DNA from: the human T2T-CHM13v2.0 reference genome, Homo sapiens
Assembly (NCBI RefSeq): GCF_009914755.1
Contig: NC_060941.1
Strand: one strand, 5' to 3'
Length of the DNA: 64,000 bases
Positions 12,600 through 33,803 of the stretch are shown one piece after another; the stretch's first letter is position 1, and each line of letters starts with the position of its first letter. The notes below the pieces were generated by a model. It was given only the letters and a program-made list of their open reading frames with translations. It was not told the origin of the DNA and did no database searches. A program made the translations under genes and the position numbers.

Positions 12600-13324
12600 A
12601 CATCTTAATATTTTTAAACAAGGCTAAATAAATGCATCGTCCTTTCTTCTGGAATATTGTCCCAGGAGGAAATGTTGGAGCCCAGTGCTGGAAGGCTAGC
12701 AATCAAGGATGCCCCAAGGAGAGCAAGTTTTATTTTTAGAAGGTGCTGGTGACTAGCTTTTCATACTTGCTATTTGCAGTAGCTCAGGGCTCTCTCCCAA
12801 ATGCAAAGCATTCCTTGTCCTGTTCTGTCTCCTCCTGTTAGATTTCAACCCTCTCTGCTTCTAGATGAAGCGCCCCAGCTCAAGGACGGGCCCTCTCAGA
12901 AAGCTGCAGGATATAACATTTTCTTTTCCTTTTGATTTTTTTCTCTTTCTGTTGAAGAGAGACAAACGGACAAATGTCAGCAGGCTGAAGGATGAGAATG
13001 GAATTGGTGCCAGTTGGGGAAAGTCCAGGATGCTCCCCTTTTTAATTAAGTACGGACTTGAATTATGAGGGGCCACAGAGCCTGCTGGGTGGGGCTCTGC
13101 TAAGGGAAGGCAATTTCTCTCGTTAAAGATTAAACACGGTTTATTCCACTTAGCCTCTCCTGAGCCCTCTGAGAGTGTCTGTATTTGCTCTTGTTGTCAG
13201 GAATAATGGGCAACCGAGTGGACGCCCCAGCTTGATAAGGCAGGGACAGAGACAGTTCTGTCAGCACTGGCAGAAGCCTGGGGACTTGACTCTTACCTGA
13301 ATCTTTTTGGGAGAATGGTGGTAA

Positions 13325-14044
<720 letters not shown>

Positions 14045-14455
14045 CTTGTTTTTGTTTTTATCCAAAACACAAACTCTTCTCTCTCACTAGTCCCTGACTG
14101 CCCCCAGGCTGTAGGGTTTTCCTGAAACTCAGGGAGCTGCTGCTGTAGATTTATTTTTCTTGTTGATTCTCATCTATCCTACTGGCGACCCCAGCCCAGA
14201 TTTATCTGGTAATTTACAACCACAGTTGTTAATTAATGATCTGGAGCCACAGAGCACAGAGCCCAGGAAATGATGCTCCTTCTGGGTAGGGGCGTTGCTT
14301 TCCTCTTGCTTTGTGGGGACCATATGCCTGGGTGGAGAAGAGGATGGCAGAAAGAAAGGATGTTAGGGGAACACATGCTGAGAGGACATAATACCTAACC
14401 AGAGGGGGACCAGGCATTCTGGACCCCAACTTGAGTTTCCAAAATACAGTGTTTG

Positions 14456-14727
<272 letters not shown>

Positions 14728-15769
14728 TACAGTGTTTGTATATGCGCTTTACACTTTATTGTTTTACTAAGCCTTTTAAGATATCTTATTACATTTTCCC
14801 AGCATTCCTCAAAGTAGGTATATTTAGTTCCATTTTATAGTTGAGCACTCTAAAGTCCAGAGAGTAATTTGCTTTATGTCACCCAGGGAGAGGGAACCAA
14901 CCAAACCACCCGCTTCAGACTCCCCAGCTCCACGGAGTTCCAGAGATAGTGACTTCTGAGGGCTGAGTAAAGACAATAGCACGTTGTTCTTTCTAGCCTG
15001 ATCCCCAGTTCTCTGGGATCCTGATCCCACCTGACCCTCCCCTTCTTGACATTTCCTTTTTATGTTCTTCCCCCACCCCACCAAACCCCACTTTCCTGTT
15101 AAGAAATGCCTGTTAGGATCTTGTTAATTGTGTATCTTACAATGTGGTTTGGCATTTTCTTAAATTGCATGTCACACATGAATGTCTTCCACAAAGGGAA
15201 AACTGATGGAGGGGGGAGCATTTTGCTCCCTAGAAATTGAGAATGTAAAGTATATTTAATTAAAATGATAAATCTGATATTCAGTTTTGTTTTTACTACT
15301 ACTAAAACTAATCTATTTTATGCACATTTGCAGAAGGCTGCAGCCATCAAATCAGAGAATATTAGAGCTGTGAGGCACCTTGGAGATCTGTCTGGGCCAA
15401 ATCCTTCATTGTAGAGACAAAGAAACTGAGTCTCAGATTGGGGAAGTGCCGGGGATGCGTGAGTGGCTGAGGTGGAGCCAGGCACTGCGGCTTGTTTTCC
15501 TGCGCACCACCTTCTCTCTCTGGCTTCAACTTCTGTGCATCACAGGGTGGGAGTCACCAGGCTCCGACTCCTCTCTCTTTTAATGTCTTCCCCCTCCCCA
15601 TGCAAACTCATGCTGGGAGGGGGGATGGGCCTCTGGAGCTCCCCTTCCTCACCTCCCCAGGGGGTACTGTTTATTTTCTGTCAATTCTCTCCCTCTGGCT
15701 TCTCTGACTCCCGTCTTTTCCCAGGCAGGATCCTTGTTTGGCATGATCATTTGGTGAGATTTTATTATA

Positions 15770-16188
<419 letters not shown>

Positions 16189-16302
16189 TGAATCCACATT
16201 TTAGGTTGCATTTGCTTAAAACAACATTGTGCATTTGCTTAAGACAACATTGTGCATGTTGTAAAACATTTATTTATTTGAATAGATAAGATATCCACAT
16301 AG

Positions 16303-16581
16303 CGGCCAGGCGCGGTGGCTCACGCCTGTAATCCCAGCACTTTGGGAGGTCGAGGCGGGCGGATCACGAGGTCAGGAGATTGAGACCATCCTGGCTAACA
16401 CGGTGAAACCCCGTCTCTACCAAAAATACAAAAAAATTAGCTGGGCATGGTGGCGCGCGCCTGTAGTCCCAGCTACTCGGGAGGCTGAGGTAAGAGAATG
16501 GCACGAACCAGGAGGAGGAGCTTGCAGTGAGCTGAGATCACACCACTGCACTCCAGCCTGGGCAACAGAGTGACTCCGTCT

Positions 16582-16611
<30 letters not shown>
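16303..16611 (+). mobile_element. AluY
   Basis: Y diagnostics and long A tail. Confidence 0.9.
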
Positions 16612-16614
<3 letters not shown>

Positions 16615-17330
16615 CACATGGCACAAAATTCAAAACTAATGTAGTACTCGCCAGTGAAATTTTTAAATCTCTCCTCTCTCTGTCCTCTAGCAGCTCAGTT
16701 TGCCTTCCTGGAGGCAGCCATTATGTTCAGTTTCTGGTGTATCCTTGGTGAGACGATCCATACATGTATATCCAAACCAATTCATACCTCACATACATAC
16801 ATTAATTAATTCCTTCCCCTTTGGTTACAAAACTTCTCCTGCATGATGTTGTCTTGGGGAAGTATCAACAACTGCTTAGTCATGGTTTGGGGCGTGCCAG
16901 GTTAGAGGCAATGACCTTTCTGATTTACGAGGTGGTGCTGGCTGCACTCATTTGGGTTCTGTGGGGAGGTGGCTTTGAGTTCCTCGGGGCCCAGTCTGCA
17001 GTGGCTATTGGGAGAAAAGGCCCCACCTTCCTGGGCAGAGAAGTGGAGCTTCCACTTAAAGAGGCAGAAGGAGGCTGTCAGAAGAGGGAAGGGTGAGTGT
17101 GTGTCTGTGTGCATGCACACACACACGCGTGCAGGTTATAGTAATCACTGTTTCACATCTTATTTTTAAGAAGTCAGAAGGTTGTGGTAAGAAGTGAGAA
17201 TGAGGAGTCCCCTTTAAGGTGGTCTAAGGTTGTGCCCAAGACAGTTGGCTTGTTCCTTGGGAAATGTCTTTCAGGGCCTGAGGAGCTGGATAAAATGGAG
17301 GGAATGACCTAATCCATTTGGTCCAATTGA

Positions 17331-17828
<498 letters not shown>

Positions 17829-17909
17829 TAGGTGTGTGGGGCTATAAGTCTTCAATGTTTTTGTGCAAAAGTCAGGGGCTGCCTTTCAGGAGGAAACAGT
17901 GAAGGGTGA

Positions 17910-18236
<327 letters not shown>

Positions 18237-18369
18237 GGAATTCCTGTTCTTTTAAGCCCATGTCTAATGCCATTTCCTCCATGAAGTCTCTCCTGGTGCA
18301 TTTCTTCTCCCAGGGAACCAGCGCTCTCCTTCAGCTTTGTCAATGTAAGTTGTGAAGAAAGTATTTGTT

Positions 18370-18948
<579 letters not shown>

Positions 18949-19009
18949 TCAGCCTCTGGAACTGAGTTCACAGCCAAGGAGTGCTCTCAGGAGAGATATG
19001 GAAGGACAT

Positions 19010-19570
<561 letters not shown>

Positions 19571-22163
19571 GGCAGAGAACCTAATTCACAAATACTAGGA
19601 ATCCACGTTGAAGGTTGGGCAGCCCAAGGGAGGTGGTCAAGTGTCTCTGGGCAAGGCAGGGGCAAGGGCAGCCCAGCAGGAAGCAGGAAGGGAACTTGCC
19701 TAAGGTTGCCCTGCTGGGAAGGGGTAGAGCTAGCCTGTGAACCCAGGCTTGTTTGCTTTCAGAAGCCAAATACCTGTCCACAGCCACAGAAGAGGCCTGG
19801 ACTTTGGTATTTAAAGGAGAGATAGAGACCCTCCTCACTGAGAGGATCAGAGAAGACTTCTTGGAGGAGGTGGCATTGGAGCTAGCATTGAGGTGGGTAG
19901 GATTTGGGTGTGGGGCTAGAGGGAGGATATTCCGGGCTTAGGGAATATCAGGACCAAGGGCAGGAGTCTGGGAAGCACAAGGTTAAATTAGGGGAGGGGG
20001 AAGACTCTAGGGTGCGGTGGAAGGGAGTTTTGGGAAGTGGGGAGATAGTCCTTGGAAACCCTTGAGATATTTGCCTTGGAATTTTCTCTTTGGAATCTTG
20101 GCTCTGTGGCCCCAGGCCTGATGTCTTTGCCGGCTGGCCACGAAGCTGAGAGTAATTCCAGGCTAGCGTGAGAGGCCCTGGTAGGTCAGAGTGTCTGGTT
20201 GCCTAAGCTTTTGTACATCAGTGGCCTTGGACACGTTTTCCTGGATGCAGGCCTGGTCTCGGTGGCAAGGCTTTCCCTGAGTGGAGCCTGGGCTATCTCC
20301 CTGGTAGAGATTCCAAGACCTGCCTGTGAATTTTCCATGGGGCCATCACACCCCTGGAACTGAGGAAAGAAAAAGGGGGAAGTGGTTTTCCTTTGCAAGC
20401 ATGAAGCTGGTGGCTTCTCCTTAGAGGTCCTAGCTGGACCCCATCCTCCCTTCTGGGATGGAGTGGAGGAAATTTTACCTTTGGGAACCTGGGAGGCCAA
20501 AGTTCTGGAGATTTAGCAGCTGACATCCCTAAAGGATAAGCCTTAGGCCTCCTGGCAACTACATCAGTGCTTAATAAATGTTTGTGAGTGAAGGAATGAG
20601 TGAGTGGGTGCTGGGGGAAGGGGTTTGTCCACAGGGGTGCAAAACAGGCCTCTACCTGCCAGACACTTCCTGTTTAGTCGGGGAGGTGGGTGGGAGGTGG
20701 CACTGTGCTGTTATAATAATAACATTTTTCATAACTGAGGTTTAAGCACTAAAGGCAACCCAGGATAGGTACATATCAACAGGAGGGCAGAGGAAGCCAC
20801 TCCTGGAGGTGTTCCCGTTCTAGCCCACAGAGGCTCTGAGTTCCTGCCCTGCTTAGTGCTGGCTTGTCCTGGAAGTTCCATCATTCTAGGTGCTAGACCC
20901 TCACTTGGTCTCTGCTGCTCTCTACTGAGGATGGAGACTTCAGAACCATGACCTCGTGCAGAGGGATCACTGGTATATGTGGGTCTCCTGGGGGTAGAGG
21001 AAGGGGGCATTTGTGACCTTGGGTCCTGCTGGCCCCCCTCTGGGAGTTACAAAGCTTACTTTCTCTGCTCAGACAGGGCTGGGGGAGTGAGTTGTTCTTT
21101 TTGCCCAACCCAATTTCAGCAACTGCATGTGAGGGAGAACCACGGCAGCTTTGAGTCACACTCCTAGTGCCCTGCTTGTCCCATGGTAGGAGGGTGTCTG
21201 CTCATGCCTCCAAGTCACTCACTTCTCCAGGGCTCTGTAGCCCACCCCTCTTCGCTGGTCCCCTCAGGATCTCAAACTCTGGAGACCTCAAGTCATTCAG
21301 CTTTGACCCTGCTCTATTCCCTCTCCCAGGGCAGGCCGCTGCTACAGGGAAGGGAGCCCAACAGAATCGTCTCTGTGCAGCTTTGCACCATGGAGTCTCA
21401 CCCAGCCCTCTATATTATTGTACCAAAACCTGGAGGCTCAGAAAGGTTAAGTGACTTGCCTGACTCACACAGCCAAGAATGGCAGTTGGAGCTTGAATGC
21501 CTGTGAACTTCTGTCTAGTGTATCAGTAGATTCAATGGACTGAAAACAGGAGACCTGAGGTCTGACCCAGACACCCATGTCCAGAGGCGCAGGGCAAGGA
21601 GGCAGAGGCTCAGTTGAGGAATCCTAGTTCCTGATAACAGAGATGACAGCTAAAGTCAGAGAAAGGAAGTTAAGAAAGAAAGGGATTGCTGGTGGTGAAG
21701 CTCTGGCTTCTCTATGCCTAGTGGCTGTTGATTCAAGATGCCCTCTGTGGCCGAACCTTTGGGGTCAGGTGAGGAGGAGGATAGGGCCTTAATTTAGACA
21801 GAACCCTTGGGCCCCTGCCTTCCAGTGGAAATACCAGGGTAATGGAAACTGCAAATAGGTGTTATACCTGGGGTTTCAACTAGGGTTCCAAACAGGAATA
21901 TTCCTGGGGCTGGGGTAGAGGGAGGAGGTAGTTAGTAATTATTTCCATTTTATTCATTTATTGAGCAATTGCTACATGCCAGGCACTGTGTTAGGAGATG
22001 AGAATACAGGGTCAACGACAGTCAAGAACAACAGCAAATCTTTCATCGTTCATCATGTGCCAGGCTAAATGTTTTGCATGTGCTACTCATTTATTCCACA
22101 TCATATATGTGTACAGCGTAGAGAAGTTTCTTTCTAACTTCTCTGTTAGAAAGTTTCTAAGTG

Positions 22164-22477
<314 letters not shown>

Positions 22478-24079
22478 GTTTCCCAAAGTCACAGAGCTAG
22501 TGAATAGCAAGGGGAGTCAATGAGTAAGCTCAGGCCAGCAACCCTGCAAATCAGATCTCTCTCCAGCAGAGGTGTGCTCTGAGTGTCCCAGGGATTTGAG
22601 AGAGGGGCTCTGCTTGGGGAAGTGGGGAGGCAGCATTTGAGCCAGTCCTCATGGGATGAATGAAATTTCTTCCTAGGAGAGGGGAGAAGGTTCCAGGTTT
22701 AAAGAAGCAGCATTTGCCAAGGTGTAGGAGCCAGAAAGGAAATCCTAGGGGAGAGACAAATTTGGGGGTAGTCCTCAAAATTCCTACCCTCAGGCTAGGG
22801 AGTGTGAGCATTTTGAAGACCTTGTTTAGGAGCTTGTATTATATCCTATAGATCATGGGAGTCACTGGGGTCGGGGGCAGGGTGGCGGAGCATGGGTAGG
22901 TTAAAGCAATTCTGACTGAATCAGACCCTAGGCAAGAGGAAGGAGGTCACTGCCTTGGAATCTTCAAGAGTCGCTCATCCCTGATCCTGTCCCCCTTTTG
23001 CCACATAAGATGTGATGCCATCACTCAACTCATCATTCACCAACAAGCTATGGGGCCTGGAACCTTTCTATGCCTCAGTTTCCTCATCTGTAAAACGGCA
23101 ATACTAGTAGTACCTGCCTCAGAGACCTGGGTGTGCAGGTAAATTGAGATGCTCTAGGGAAGCTCAGGCTTTCAGTAAGGGATCAATAAAGGCTAGTTCC
23201 TGTTATCAGATGTTACCTCCCCACCCTGTCCCGGGTCCAGTCAGCATCTCGAAGTCCTGACTCTCAGGAATGCCCCCACTCCGCCTACCAGTCTGATCTA
23301 AATCCCTCTGCTGCAGATGGAGCCCAGCTTCCCTGACAGCCTTTCAGGACGGGAAGCTCCATGTTTAGTGTTCCCCACCCTCGTCCAGCCTCTCTAATCT
23401 CAGCTCTTCCCTTTCCCCTCCCCTGTGATTATCATAAACCCTCTCGAGTTAGGCAGGCTTGGCTGGGCCCCATGCCCCTTTGAAGTCCCAAGCCAGGTTC
23501 CCAGCCTCACACACTGACTTCTGAGAAAGCTGCTTCCCATCAAATCCTGCCGCCAAAAAGACTCTCCTCTTAGGTATTCCTGCCAACTCCGTTTTATAAT
23601 CTCCGTGCCGGGGAGGGAGGACAGTTCAGGCACTTTGTCTGCAGGAAGGAAGCAATTAAATTATTAGCACTTTGAGAAATTAAACGACATAACTTACGGC
23701 GGAATAAGTTTAGCCAAAAAAAAAAAAAAACCTTGTAATGTGAGAAAACAATTAAAAAGAATTATATAAGGTTGGGCTCGCTCCTTTATTGCAATAGAGT
23801 TAGCAGTTCATTGATTATCGTCCTGTTATAATGCAGCAGGATGGTGCGGGCTGCTGCGGAGGCAGCGACATTCAGGAAGCAAAGCGCTTAGTTGGGTCCT
23901 GCAAGAAGAAGAGGTGGGGGAGCTGAAAGGTTTTCCTGGAGGGCAAGGGGGAGGGGAGAGTGGGGTCAGAGGAGGATCACCAAAGCAGCAGCTCTTCTTC
24001 CCTTCTCCCTGCTCCTGCCTTGGTAGACATGGAAAAGAGCTAGTCAATTTCAGCAGTTTGTCAGTTGCTGGGGCAGTCA

Positions 24080-24800
24080 ATTCCCTGTGCCCAAAAGATT
24101 CTTTTCCTAGGTATTCATCCAGTGAAATGTTCACACGGCTCCATAAGGAGATGTGGATGAGGATGATCAGAGCAGCCTCATAGGAGGCACCCTGGGTGTC
24201 CCTCACTGGGAGAGTGGAAAGGTCAAGTGGGTGGAAGCACCAAGGGGCGCCAGGTAGCAGCAAGAAGCACTGACGCCTGTACACAGAGCCCCGCGATAGA
24301 TCTCAAAAACGTAGTGCTCCGCAACAGCAAAAAATACAAATTCTCTCTACCCGCAACGACATAGGGGAGTCTCCCAGACAAGTTGAGCAAAAGAAGCAAG
24401 ACATGAAAGACAGGTACGATTCCATGCAGAGGAAGTTCAAGAAAAAATTCAATGAATGGGTGGAGATGGGAGCTGGAAGAGTGGGTACCTCAGGCAGGGA
24501 AGGGGGCAGTTTATTGACTGTGAAGGGACACAAGGGAAACTTGGCTGGGGTACTGGAAATGTTCTATATTTTGATCTCGGTGATGATTACACAGATGTAT
24601 ATGTAGGCTAAAAATCGAGTTTCATATTTCAGATCAGTGCACATTACTCACTTTACCGTATATATGTTATACCTCAACAGGAAAGGAAAGAGCAAACAAA
24701 TGTTGTAGAGGAAAAAAATTGTAGGAAACAAAATATATAACACAATGCTATTTATGTAAATAAACCCCATGCCTACGAAATAACTACCCATCCTGAAAGA
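24080..24800 (+). mobile_element. Old L1M (L1ME/MC-like) 3' end fragment
   Basis: tttcctaggtattcatccagtgaaatg, ctggaaatgttctatattttgatc and atatgttatacctcaa resemble L1M 3' UTR. Confidence 0.6.
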
Positions 24801-24812
24801 ACTCAGCAAACA

Positions 24813-25108
24813 GATTGGGTGCAGTGGCTCATGCCTATAATCCCAGCACTTTGGGATGCTGAGGTGGGGTGATCGCTTGAGCCCAGGAGTTCAAGACCAG
24901 CCTGGACAACACAGTGAGACCCCATCTCTACAAAAAAATGAAAAAAATTACAGTGGCATGTCCTTGTAGTCCCAGCAAGTTAGGAGGCTGAGGTGAGAGG
25001 ATTGCTTGAGCCCATGAGGTCAAGGCTGCAGTGAACTCTGATCTCACCAGTTCACTCCAGCCTGGGTGACAGAGAAGACCCTGTCTCAAAAAAAAAAAAA
25101 AAAAAAAA
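24813..25108 (+). mobile_element. AluJ
   Basis: gcttgagcccaggagttc and aggctgcagtga are J diagnostics. Confidence 0.88.
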
Positions 25109-25587
25109 GGGAATGTATGAATGAATGAAACCAAGAGCAGGGCACTACACAGACCAGTTATGACAACAGGCCATGAACGGAGAGTATGGTAGACTCAACC
25201 CTCTCCTTCCGAAGTAGAAGCTTGTAGAAAAAGTGCTAATTAATCATATCAGGAGGTCTTTGGGCTGGGTGTGGTATGTGTAGGGTGTTGGGGCATTTTG
25301 ATCTGGGGAGTGAGTGTAGATTCAGTCACTGATGCCTACCAGGAGGAAAGGGAGGTACAGATCTCGCATTTGTAAACTTCTCTGCAGTTTGCAAAGCAAT
25401 GCCATGTCTACCACCTCAGAGAGCCTCACATAGGGTGTTTCCTGGAGGGAGTGAACTGGAGCCAGCCCGCCTGCTACCACCCCAAGATGGGTTTCCCTGG
25501 CAGGTGATCTAACCTCTCTGCATCTGGGCCATGGGGATGATAAAAAGAATGTCTAGAGTGAGAGGGGAGTTAGAACACAGTTTAGAG

Positions 25588-26948
<1,361 letters not shown>

Positions 26949-27389
26949 GTCTAGAGGATAAATGAGTTGGAGCAGTCCTTGGCACATAGCAAGTGCTCAA
27001 GAAACCTCAGTTATTATCATTCTCACCCCTGTTGTACAGATGAGGGGCAAAGTGACTTATCCAGGTTTACCAGGGAGTTCACGGCAGAACTGGGCCTCTC
27101 ATCTGGATCTCCTGAGTCTCAATCCACTTTGAACAAATGCTCAAGAAGGAAAGAGTCTAAGTTGTACATGACATCCCTTTTTCCAGGGCCCACATCTTGC
27201 AGCACAAAGTCTGGCTTCTAGAGAGACTAGAGCTCCTCTATGCTCTTGTTTCCTGCAGCAGCAGTGTGCTGAATTTCCTGATGTGGATGTCATTATGGGT
27301 CATCCAAGTGCACCTCTAGTTACATTTATATAAAGTTCAAATCCAGGCAAAGCTAATCTGTGCTATTATTATTAGAAGCCAGGAGAGTG

Positions 27390-29480
<2,091 letters not shown>

Positions 29481-30335
29481 AGAACCACCCTAAAACAGAG
29501 CCCAGAAACTTTCCTCTCCCTTTGGAGTTGCGATTTGGGACTTTCTGGGGGCCTGTGTGGGCGCACGTGTGTAGTGTGTGGTACAGCAGAGGTGCTGGGA
29601 CTCATTTCTCTGGCTCGAGTGCCTGGCAAACACTTGCTGCTGCTCCTCCAGTGAGCAGCTTTTATGTGTTTTTGTAATGCATGTCCCTTGATTGCTGCAG
29701 ATTTATGCAGAGAAAACGGGTTCTGGTAACGGGCCGACCCTTTTAGCTGTTGCTCATTTGGGTGGATCTCAGGCCCTCTATTTGTTTCTGGAGGGTTTGC
29801 TGCAATTCTGTCTGAAATGTGTCAAGCTTCCTGCCTACGAGAAGACATTTATTTTATTCAGATGATTTAATTCTCTCATTCAGAGGGAACAAAACACACA
29901 TTTTGCATTACAGGGGCCTGAAGGAGAGAGTGAGAAAGACAGAGGGATGCAGAAGGTTGAAATGTGGTGATTTCAGCTGGAGCTGGGAGAAGACTTCTGT
30001 CCAAGGGAACACACTTCACAACTGGGCGTAGTTATGGTGGCCCAAAGAATAAGGGCCTGTCTTTGGGACTTTTCTGTGAAAAACAACTGGTCTCGTTGGT
30101 GAGATTTGAGAAAGAACATTCCCTCCTTCCACCCTCTGTCACCCAGCTTGGCCCTTCTGGAGATCGGGCTTCCCCCAGTCTCAGTCTCCAGCAGCAGAGC
30201 CTGCCCAGTGCGATCTCCTGGCCCACCTCTGTGGGCTCCTCTCTCTCCCTCCCTTGAACTTGACTGTTTTCCTTCCAAGAACACACCACACCTCTGCATG
30301 TTTCTCTCTATTGCTTGGAACATCCTCCTTCACTC

Positions 30336-30338
30336 TTT

Positions 30339-30393
<55 letters not shown>

Positions 30394-31110
30394 CTTTTTT
30401 TTTTTTTCTGAGACAGAGTCTCACACTGTCACCCAGGCTGGAATGAAATGGTGCAATCTCAACTCACTGCAACCTCTACGTCCCAGGTTCAAGCGATATC
30501 CTGCCTCGGCCTCCTGAGCCTGTAAGCTGGGCTTACAGGCACCAACCACCACACCCGGCTAATTTTTATATTTTTAGTAGAAACAGGGTTTCGCCATGCT
30601 GGCCAGGCTGGTCTCGAACCCCTGACCTCAAGTGATCCGCCCACCTCGGCCTCCCAAAGTGCTGAGATTATAGGCATGAGTCACCACACCCAGCCCTCCT
30701 TCACTCTTGGCCTACTTGTTGAACCCTTATTTGTCCTTGTTATGTCCTCAGTTCATACTTTGCTTTTTATGATGTGCTTTCCCATTTCCTCTCCCTTGCA
30801 AATATCTTTTTTTTTTTTTTTTTTTTTTGAGACAGAGTCTTGCTCTGCCGCCCAGGTTGGAGTACAGTGGCATGATGTCAGCTCACTGCAGCCTCTGCCT
30901 CCCCAATTCAAGTGATTCTTGTGCCTCAACCACCCAAATAGCTGGAATTATAGTTGTGTGCCACCACGCCTGGCTAATTTTTGTATTTTTAGTAGAGATG
31001 GGGTTTTGCCATGTTGGCCAGGCTGGTGTCAAACTCCTGGCCTCAAGTGATCCACCTGCCTCAGCCTCCCTAAGTGCTGGCATTACAGGCATGAGTCACC
31101 ACGCCCAGCC
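30336..31110 (-). mobile_element. Two reverse Alus; the first has a (TTTC)n tail expansion at ~30337-30393
   Basis: Direct read. Confidence 0.9.
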
Positions 31111-31545
31111 ATCCCTTGCAAATATCTTGACTGTGATGCTCACCACACTGAGCTATAATTCTTTGCCCATGTGTTTTTCTCCCACATTCAGCCATCAGTT
31201 TCTCTTGGGTACAGGTTGTGTCTTATTCATCTCTGAATCATCAGATCCTAGTGCAGTCCTTGCCTCGCAGGAGATACTGGCCTAGAAGCTTGCTGAATGA
31301 ATGAATGAATGAATGAGCACACAATCAGGAGAATGGACAGGATGAACTGCACAGACACCCACATAGTTCCTCACCATCCCACCTCCTATGCCAGAGTCAT
31401 TACACAAATATTCACTCCTGCAAACGCATACTTCTCACCCATAACTCATGGTGGCTGAACTGAATTCTAACAATTGATTCTTGTTCTGCACACATTGGCA
31501 TTTTGCTTTCAGAAGAGCTCTGGTAGCTGTAGCAGTCCTTTAATT

Positions 31546-32905
<1,360 letters not shown>

Positions 32906-33442
32906 CACAGCTGTCCTTTTAGACAAGGTTTACCTGAGCAGCACAGGATGAGGGAGAAAAGTGGGACTGGAGGGGCATTCCAATGTTGAACCAAGACCAA
33001 GTTGGGGGGCTTTGAGCTTTGGGGTCCTGGTCGGAAATGGGCTACTCTGAATGTGGTAATGGACTGGGGCAGGAGGGCCTGTGGTGAAAAGAGATCAGTG
33101 ACTCAGAGTAGAGAAGGATCAAAGGCTGCCTACAGATGCTATCTCTATATAGATGAGTGTTCCTGCAGGCAACCAGCCACTCCTCTGCTGAACCCTCTTA
33201 GGCTCTAGTGAGACCAAATACAAGTATCTGGCACATTGAATGAATGAATGAATGAATGAATGCTGTTTGACCTTGAGCAAACTATTTTACATTTCTGGGA
33301 CTCACTTTTTCTCACCTGTAAGTTGTGGGGGGTTGAACTAGACACCTCCAGGGTTTCCACTGCCACGTCTCCCATCTCCCCTTTGTCAATTAGTGGTACA
33401 TGCACTGCACATGCATCAATATCAAAGTATATGATATAATCA

Positions 33443-33803
<361 letters not shown>

